Origin: Camelus dromedarius
Taxonomy: Eukaryota
DNA length: 64,000 nt
Assembly (NCBI RefSeq): GCF_036321535.1
Contig: NC_087437.1
Location: 34,412,001 to 34,476,000 of the forward strand
Direction of reading: 5' to 3'
The position numbers and the translations under genes were made by a program. The notes under the pieces were generated by a model. It did no database searches. It saw only the letters and a list, made by a program, of their open reading frames with translations, and was not told the origin of the DNA. Positions 55,248-64,000 of the stretch are shown here, piece by piece. How positions within the stretch are numbered: the stretch's first letter is position 1; each line of letters starts with the position of its first letter.

Positions 55248-56534
55248 TCTAACATCATATACAAAAATAAACTCAAAGTGGATTAAAGACCTAAATGTAG
55301 GACTGGATACTATAAAACTCGTAGAGGAAAACATAGGCAGAACACTCTGACATAAATCACAGCAATATTTATTTTGAACCAGTTCCTAGAGTAATGAAAA
55401 TAAAAGCAAAAATAAATGAGTGGGGCCTAACTAAACTTAAATGCCTTTGCACAGCAAAGGAAACCATAAACAAAATGAAAAGACAACCTACAGAATGAGA
55501 AAATATTAGCAAATGATGCGACTGACAAGGGACTAATTTCCAAAACATACAAATAGCTCATACAGCTTAATATCAAAAAATAAACAACCCAGTCAAAAAA
55601 ATGGGCAGATGACCTATATAGACATTTCTCCAGTGAAGACATACAAATGGCCAACAGGTACATGAAAAGATGCTCAACATTGCTAATTATTAAGGAATGC
55701 AAATGAAAACTACAAAGAGGTATCAGCTCACACCAGTGAGAATAGCCATCATTTAGAAGTATACAAACGATAAATGCTGGGGAGGATGTGGGAAAAAGGG
55801 AACCCTCTTGCACTATTAGTGGGAATGATGGAGGTTTCTTAAACTTAAAATAGACTTACTATATGATCCAGCAATCCCACTCCTGGGCATATATCCAGAG
55901 AAAACTAATTTGAAAAGATAAATGCACCCCAGTGTTCATAGCAGCACTACTTACAACAGCCAGAACCTGGAGACAATCTAAATGTCCATCTACAGATGAC
56001 TGGGTAAAGATACAGTATGTATATGCAGTGGAATACTACTGAGCCATAAAATAGAATGAAATAATGCCATTTGCTGCAACATGGATGGACCTAGAGATTA
56101 TCATATTAAGTGAAGTAAGTCAAAGACAAATATATGATACTACTTATATGTGGAATCTAAAAAAAAAAATGATACAAATTTTATTTACAAACCAAAAACA
56201 GACTCAGAGACATAGAAAACAAACTATGGTTACCAAAGGGGAAAGGGCAGGGGAGGAATAAATTAGGAGTTTGGGATTAACAGATACATATTACTATATA
56301 TAAAATAGGTAAACAACAAAGACCTATACAGCACAGTAGGTCTGTTCAGTTTCAGCACAGTAGGTCTGTTCACAGTAGGTATATTCAATTTCTTGTAATA
56401 ACATATAATGGAAAAGAATCTGAAAAATAGGTATATATAGTATGTATGTGTATAACTGAATCACTTTGCTGTACACCTGAAACTAACATTGTAAATCAAC
56501 TACACTTCAGTAAAAAACAAAATTAAAAAAAAAA
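55248..56534 (+). mobile_element. 5'-truncated L1 (ORF2 end plus 3'UTR), relatively young
   Basis: catatacaaaaataaactcaaagtggattaaagacctaaatgt ... atgccatttgctgcaacatggatggacctagag ... aatcaactacacttcagtaaaaaa tail. Confidence 0.92.
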
Positions 56535-57144
56535 TTTGACAACTCTTCAAATCAATAACAATATCAATAGACCATAAGTTATTTTCTTTAGCATTATGTA
56601 TAAACTTTTCTTGGCATGTAATGGCATGTGACAAAACCTCACATGAAGTATAGGAATGAATTTTCTACGCCTAATCTACTAATTTAATAGATAATTCTCT
56701 TATAAACTTCCTAACATGGAAAACAGCAATAATCCTAACTCACATTCTGCTTGACATCAATCACTAGTATACTTTCATAACACTTTATACAAAACCTAGA
56801 TTCCTCCACAAAAGAAAAGTGATTAAATCCTTTCAGTGGTAGTGTAATAAATTTACCTTTGAAATAGGAGTGCTAAAGATGTAGTAAGGTATACCCAAAG
56901 TCATGCTGACTTCAGTGAGTAAAAACTTTTGGTTCCTGTGCAATCATGTAGCCTCATTTAAAAAGCTGGAAGTGTATACTTTATTTTGGTTTTTGGTTTT
57001 GTTTCTAATTCTCTTTGGTAGACTTATGCATGCCCTTAACCCTGTCCCAAAATTTAAAATATATGCCACTGAGTAACATACACACAAAAATGTAATGAAT
57101 ATGACTGTTTCTCCACAACCAGGGTAAATTTTGAAATGCTAATT

Positions 57145-57978
57145 TTTTTAAATTTATTTATTCATATAATTGTAGTATTGCCAGTTTACAATGATGTATC
57201 AATTTCTGGCGTACAGCATATTGTTTCAGTCATACATACACATATATTTGTTTTCATGTTCTTTTTCATTATAGGTTACTACAAGATAATTGAATTTAGT
57301 TCCCTGTGCTATACAGAAGAAACTTGTTTATCTATTTTATATATAGTAGTTAGTATCTGCAAATCTTGAACTCCCAATTTATCCTTTACCACCCCGTTTC
57401 CCCACTGGTAACCATAAGTTTGTTTTCTATGTCTGTGATTCTGTTTCTGTTTTGAAAATAAGTTCATTTCTGCCCTTTTTTTTTTTTTTTTTTTTTTTTA
57501 GATTCCACATATGAGTGATATCAAATGGTATTTTTCTTTCTCTTTCGGGCTTCACTTAGAATGACAGTCTCCAGGTCCACCTATGTTGCTGTAAATGGCA
57601 TTTTTTATGACTGAGTAGTATTCCATTGTATAAATATACAACAACTTCTTTATCCAGTTATCTGTCAATGGACATTTCGGTTGTTTTCATGTCTTGCCTA
57701 TCATAAATAGTGCTGCTATGAACATTGGGGTGCATGTATCTTTTCGAATTAGAGTTCCCTCCAGATATATGTCCAGGAGTAGGATTGCTGGATCATATGG
57801 TAAGTCTATTTTTAGTTTTTTAAGGACTCTCCATACTGTTTTCCAAAATGAATGCATTTCCCACGGGTACTACATTCCCACCAGTAGTGTTCAGGGAGTT
57901 CCCTTTTCTCCACATCCTCTCCAGCATTTGTCATTTGTGGATTTTTTTAATCATGGCCATTCTGACTGGTGTGAGGTG
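57145..57978 (-). mobile_element. 5'-truncated L1 (antisense)
   Basis: Reverse-complement L1 3'UTR/ORF2 end; flanked by the short duplication atgctaat (about 57136 and 57979). Confidence 0.9.
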
Positions 57979-58199
57979 ATGCTAATATCTTTCTTTATAT
58001 TCTTAATGTTTGGAACAAATTTTATCGAGACCTGTTTTTCATTTGTATTTCATGTGGCTAAGTGTCTCTAGTTTTTCTGCTGTCTATTAAATTAAAGCTG
58101 CAGTGGCAGTGATTGTCTTATTTTATAAATATGCCCAAAGATTATTAAACAATAAGCCTCTCTAATAAATGTAGTTTATGGGGGGAAAAAAAAAGAACC

Positions 58200-59810
58200 A
58201 TTTACTGAGATATAATTCACAACCATAAAATTCATTATATTAAAGTATACAATTCATTGGGTTTTAGTACATTCAGAGGATTGTTCAGTCATGACCACTG
58301 TCTAATTCCAGAATACTTTCATCACCTCAAAAAAAGGAACTTCACATTCTTTAGCAGTCAGTATTCCTACTTCTACTCCCCATCGCCCTGCAACCTCTAA
58401 TCTACTTTTTGTCTCTGTAGATTTACCTATTCTGGACATTTCATATAAGTGGAATCATATAATATGTAGGTTTTTATGTATGTCTTCTTTGACTTAGTTT
58501 TCAAAAATTCATCCATGTTGTATCAGCATTTCTTTTTTTATTGCAGAATGTTATTCTGTTACATGATGTAGCACATTTTGTTCATCAATTGATGGACATT
58601 TGAGTTGTTTTCCATGTTTTGGTTATGGATAATGCTACCGTAAACATTCACATACACAAGTTTTTCTGCAAACATGTTTTCACTTTTTTGTACCTAGGGA
58701 GTGGAATTATGGGTCACATGTTAACTGTTTAATTTTCTGAGAAACTGCTAAACTTTTCCACAGTGGCTGTACCATTTCCTACTTGCAGTCTATGAGGGTT
58801 CTATGTGCTTCATATCCCCACCAGCACTTGTTATTGTACATCGTTTTGATTATAGCCATCTTACTTGATGTGATATGGTATCTAATTGTGGTTTTGATTT
58901 GCATTTCCTGATGACTAATGAAATTGAACAACTTTTCATGTGCTTATTTATTGGCCTTTTATCTTTGGAAAAATATCTATTCAGATCCTTTGCCCATTTT
59001 CCCAATTGATTTGTCTTACTGTTGAGTTGTAAGAGTTCTCTGTTATTCTGGATACAGGTCTCGTCAGATACATGATTTGCAAATATTTTCTCCCATTCTG
59101 TGGGTTGTCTTTTCACATTCTTGATGGTGTCCTCTGAAGCACAAAATTAATTTTGATAAAAGTCCTATTTATTTTAGTTGCTTGTGTTTTGGGTGTCATA
59201 TCTTAGAAACTACTATGTAATCCAGTGACGCAGTGATTTACCTCCTGCTTTAAGATTTTTACAGCTTAGGGTTTTACATTTAGGCTTTTAATCTGTGTTA
59301 AGTTAATTTTATGATACAATGTAGAGGTCCAGCTCTACTCTTTGCATGTGGATATCTGGTTGTTCCAGCACCATTTGTATTCTCTCCCCATTGAATTTTC
59401 TTGGTGCCCCTTGTCAAAAGTCAGCTGACCATAAATGTAAGAGTTTATTTCTGGACTCTGCATTTATCTGTATGTCTGTCCTTGCACTGGTACCACAGTC
59501 TCGATTACTGTAGCTTTGTAGTAAGCTTTGAAATCAAGAGTCTTTTGCTTTTCTTCTTTAATGTCAAGAGTGTCCTGTTTTTTGTTTGGGTTTTTTTTTT
59601 TTATTATACTATAAATGGAATTTTCTTAATCTTAGTTTCAGATTATTTATTGCCTAGTGTATAGAAATACAAGTAATTTTTGCATATTGATCTTGTATTC
59701 TGCAATTTTGCTGAATTCATAATAGTTTCAATAGTTTTTTGTGTGAATTCCTCAGGATTTGTAGATAAATATATCATACATATATGATCATGCCATCTGT
59801 GAATAGTTTC
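58200..59810 (-). mobile_element. older L1 (L1MA/MB-type) 3' region, antisense
   Basis: ctgagatataattcacaaccataaaattc; ORF 58850-59116 MKRQPTEWEKIFANHVSD is an L1 ORF2 C-terminal remnant. Confidence 0.88.
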
Positions 59811-59998
59811 ATAATTTTTTTAAAATAAAAGTAAAGTAATACTAAATTATGTAGATATTCAGAACCTTATATACATGTCCTTATGTTTAATACATATGTA
59901 TTCTATAAATGATACCTAAAAGAAATGATATATTCTTTATACATTTTTTATTTTTATTTTTTTACTTTTTTTTAATTTTTTTTTATTTTAACTTTTAG

Positions 59999-60224
59999 AT
60001 GGCAGTGTGGGCAAAGAAAATGACCAGAATTCAAACTCCTGAAAATACACCTCGGTTATTTGATTTAGTAAAAGTAAAAGATGAGAAAATTCACCAAGCA
60101 TTTTACTTTGCTTTACGGGATACCTTAGTAGCTGACAACTTAGATCAAGCCACAAGAGTAGCTTATCAGAAAGACAGAAGATGGAGAGTGGTAACATTAC
60201 AGGGGCAGATCATAGAACAGTCAG
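59999..60224 (+). CDS. SMC4: SMC4 exon 14
   Basis: ttag|ATG..CAG|gtaatg; MAVWAKKMTRIQTPENTPRLFDLVKV...RWRVVTLQGQIIEQS(G); 226 nt. Confidence 0.97.
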
Positions 60225-60308
60225 GTAATGGTTTTTCCTCTGCCATTGAGTTTATTTAATCTTGTTGGGAGAGGCATCTAAGTCTCACTTCTCTCCTCTG
60301 TTCTCTAG

Positions 60309-60388
60309 GGACAATGACTGGCGGTGGAAGCAAAGTAATGAAAGGAAGGATGGGTTCATCAGTTGTTGTTGAAATCTCCGAAGAAGAG
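60309..60388 (+). CDS. SMC4: SMC4 exon 15 (hinge Gly motif)
   Basis: Follows an 84-nt intron; ctag|GGACA..GAG|gtcagc; (G)TMTGGGSKVMKGRMGSSVVVEISEEE; 80 nt. Confidence 0.96.
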
Positions 60389-60934
60389 GTCAGCATATAC
60401 AAACTTACAGTCAAGATGTTTTTTGGTTAAAGCAGCTTTATTGATATGTAACATACTATAAAACTGACATTTTAAATGTACTGTAACCAATTTTCGATTA
60501 ATAGATTGAATTTTTTTCTCTAAATGACTAGTATATATGCTGTGGGATTTTAAAACCCTTTAAAATTCTAAAAGTAGGTTAATTAAAAAGTGTATGTTCA
60601 ACACATGTATCTTTTTATTATGACATTTTGATCATACCATAATTTATTTAACCATTCACTTGCTGTTTGACATTTAATTTGTCTCTAGTAAATACTGCTG
60701 CGTTACATAATTGTCTTTTGTATTTCAAAATAATTCTTTAAGGTATAAATATAACAAAGACTTGTGATGCATGTTTCCATATTTTATTTCAAAATATTTT
60801 ATTTGCCCACAAGTATAAAAGAATGTCAGAATGTTCAGGATCAGAAGTTCAGGTTTTCTTCATTCATAAATTGAGTTTGCTGTTAATTTGAAATGACTCT
60901 TGGAGTAAAATTATTTCATTGGTTTTCTTTGTAG

Positions 60935-61087
60935 GTAAATAAAATGGAATTACAGTTGCAGAGAGACTCTCAAAAAGCAGTGCAAATCCAGGAACAGAAA
61001 GTACAACTGGAAGAAGCAGTAGTTAAGTTAAGGCATAGTGAACGAGAAATGAGGAATACGTTAGAAAAGTTTACTGCAAGCATCCAG
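60935..61087 (+). CDS. SMC4: SMC4 exon 16
   Basis: gtag|GTA..CAG|gtaatt; VNKMELQLQRDSQKAVQIQEQKVQLEEAVVKLRHSEREMRNTLEKFTASIQ; 153 nt. Confidence 0.96.
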
Positions 61088-62176
61088 GTAATTTTTTTTA
61101 ATCAATATTAGCTGAAACTATTGGAATTCAGCAGCAATTTGGCAGAAGCATTTTGCTATTTGTTTACAATTTTAAAGTATAAGGGAAGGTGGAGAGTGGG
61201 TCTCTAGGTGTAAGGCTTATCTGTTGTTTTTATTCCCTTGAGTACTAATGGATAAATGCCACAGCTATTCCTGGTTTCCATTTGTACTTCCATAGAAATA
61301 TGTCTTCCCTTAACAACTGTGTGACCCTTTATTTCATTCTCTTTTCAGAGTAGAATGTTCTCTTAATTATGAAAAAGTAGTACATGCCCACTGAATTTTA
61401 AAAAAAAAAACCAAAAAACAGTTTTTAGAAAATACCCAAAAATTAATCACCTTCAATTTTTATGTACATCCTTCAACTTTTAGTATAAATAGTCTAGTTT
61501 GCATGTATTTGTTTATGTATAAGGTACAATAGATACATATTAAATATGCATATGGATTTTTAAAGTCTCATACTAACTTTTCTTCACTTACTAATTATGG
61601 TTTTCTTTCCAAGTCAGTGTAAACGTACTTTTGTTTGCAAATGCATTGGCATATTTTGTTTGTACCACAATTTTTTTAATGTTTTTCTGTGATACTATGT
61701 ACACTGCTATGTTTAAAATATCCTTTTTAGGCATACCTTAATACACTCATCCAATTATTTCCTTAGGTTAGAGTCCTAAAATTATAATTACCCAGTATGT
61801 GTACAGTGTTAATTTGTTGCATAATGCCAAATTGGTCTCAAAAAGATGGTTCCGATGCATTTACTGCTAATAGCATATGCAAATAGTTTTTCCAAGTCTT
61901 TGAACACTAGCTTCTCTTCAGTAGAAGTTTGCTACTCTGATATACTAAAAAATGGCATTTTAACTTATCTTTGTAATGAATTTACACATTTCATGTGTTT
62001 TGTTGGTCATTTTCAATCTTTATATTAATTATTCATGTTTTCTGCCCCTTTCCTGTTAGTTTTTATCTTTTTCTTAAAGATTTTAAGTGCCTTTTTTTTT
62101 TTAATTTAAACTGTAAAGCAAATGTTACTGTTAATAAGTTAAAATACTGACCTTGCATGTGGAAACATTTCTGTAG

Positions 62177-62303
62177 CGTTTATCGGAGCAAGAAGAATAT
62201 TTGAATGTCCAAGTTAAGGAACTTGAAGCTAATGTTCTTGCTACAGCCCCTGACAAAAGAAAGCAGAAATTGCTAGAAGAAAATGTTAGTGCTTTCAAAA
62301 CAG
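62177..62303 (+). CDS. SMC4: SMC4 exon 17 (gene continues beyond the window)
   Basis: gtag|CGT..CAG|gtatgt; RLSEQEEYLNVQVKELEANVLATAPDKRKQKLLEENVSAFKT; 127 nt; cumulative CDS 2605 nt. Confidence 0.96.
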
Positions 62304-64000
62304 GTATGTTTAATAAAGGGTACAGACTTTTTCCCTCCATGGTCAAACACAGGTTTGTAATTGAAATGTTTAACATAGCAGTTTGTAGAATAAAAAGTAG
62401 CAGCTTACATATATTATATACGAGTGACCACTCTGTTTATGGTTTTTATTTCATTCTCAGAAAGTTATAAAGAGTTATTAAATTAAGTACTTAATTTGAC
62501 AGATAAGAAAACTGAGACAGACTGATTTATATAATTTGCCCAAGGTCACACAGCATATAGAGGTGGTATAGGAATTCAGAACCAAGGCAGTTTGATTCTG
62601 GAACCCATGCAAAAGAAGGCAAGTACTGATTGTTTATCCCAAAGAACTAGTTGGAGTGGAGTTGGAGCAATTATCCAAATGTAAGTTTTTGTCGTCATAT
62701 TCATCTGCATTTCTAATCTTGAGGCATTCACTCAAGTAGCATCTATTACTGACCAAGCTTTGTTTTAGGTGCTGTTGATCGAGCAGGGAAAAAAATGAAG
62801 TCCCTCTTTTCAAGGAACTCACACTTAGGAGATGGGAAAACTAAACAAATACATTGCTTAGGAACCAGGAAAATGGGATGGGATGGAGATGGGGGAGTCC
62901 AGATAGATGCAGCAGTTAGACAGGCCGCTGCTATGGGTATTTGAGCAGAGACCCAAAAATATGAGTGCAGATATAGATATTTGAGAGAAGAGCATTCCAA
63001 GAAGAATAGAGAGGACCAAGTAGAGCCCCTGAAGCACGAGTATGCCAGAAGTTTCTAGGAACACAAGGAAGCCAGAGTGGTTAGAGTAAAGGATGGAAGA
63101 ATCCAGAGAATAGAGCCTTACAGGCCATGTCTCCAGGTGAAATAGAAAGCCATTGAAGAGTGATGTACAGGGAAGTGGTATAATCTAACAGGAATTTTTT
63201 TTCTTTGCATTTATTTTGGATCCACATTTTGTTCTTGCAGATGCAAGAACTTCACCCTACTCCTCTTTCCCCACAATACCTACAATATTTGTTGTGACTG
63301 CTTTGATGGAATCTATTGGTCAATTAAAACACCAAAGTACATATCTTTGTCATTTATAGCAACACTTTAACAGAGAGACTATAGAAATCTGTATTTTATT
63401 CTTGTTTGAAAAGGGATCTGTGGGTTTATATCTCCTCTCATGGAAATGCTGGCTATTATTAGTAGACTCTGTTAATGTCTAACATGGAGGCCCATCTCTG
63501 CAAGTGTGGCTTTAAGATTAAATACTTCATTTTATATTAATTTAGATTTTAAAAATCTCTGGCTAATGTATAGAGAAGGGGAGCAAGGTGGTATAAAATT
63601 ACAAATTATGTAATGTCAGTTTTTCCCTCCTACTTCTAATAGACATGCTACTATAGATTTTTTTTTTAATTTTTTATGCATGGCAGATAGTTAAAAATAA
63701 GGAAAAAGATGTTTTAAAGGGTTGAACCCTTTCCAGTTACATACCTGGCCCATCACCCAGTATAAGTCGTGGTGCCAGATTCCACAGCAGCTGGGAACGC
63801 AGGGAACCAAGCACACAGGCAGCCTAATGGAACTTCAGCCACAGAGAACGTCACCACTGTGAGCAAAAATCTCCTTCAATAAATACAGTATCTTAGTATC
63901 CTTAGGAAAAAAGGAGATTCAGAAGACCGAAAAAAGGCAAGGCTTTGTTTTACTTGGCTTTTTTAAGAGCCAAGCGGTAATCTCAGAAGTATAAAAAATA

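Noticed and set aside
55427..59664. ORFs 55427-55813, 56064-56261, 57694-58071, 58850-59116 and 59401-59664
   Set aside because: Sense or antisense readings of decayed L1 sequence.
60929..60940. AG|GTAAAT at the start of SMC4 exon 16 (and IFT80 exon 4) as recursive splice sites
   Set aside because: Explained by coding sequence, the introns are of ordinary length, and there is no other support.

Overview
Mammalian (eukaryotic) genomic DNA, probably from a camelid, inferred from a tRNA-derived Vic-1-like SINE. Two genes sit head-to-head on a shared CpG island at about 34.7-36.8 kb. IFT80 is on the minus strand (non-coding exon 1 plus coding exons 2-5; the gene runs off the left edge). SMC4 is on the plus strand (exons 1-17, 2605 coding nt, with frame and phase consistent at every junction; the gene runs off the right edge). 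SMC4 intron 5 hosts the miR-15b/miR-16-2 cluster. IFT80 intron 2 is a minor-spliceosome (U12) AT-AC intron. The most unexpected element lies in IFT80 intron 1: a ~1.6 kb intronless, decayed retrocopy of a MIC gene (MICA/MICB-like NKG2D ligand, normally MHC-linked). It has a 3'UTR, a polyA remnant and degenerate target-site duplications (TSDs), and it is inserted into an L2 tail. Its 5' end is not the MIC leader exon but a 140-nt segment resembling antisense L1 5'UTR, joined exactly at the MIC exon-2 boundary, which may be a fossil of a chimeric L1-MIC transcript. The rest is intron filled with L1, L2, MIR, MaLR/MLT, MER2, MER20, SINEs and microsatellites. Nearly all ORFs in the six-frame track are spurious. 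Repeat family names and cross-species comparisons are from memory, not from a search.
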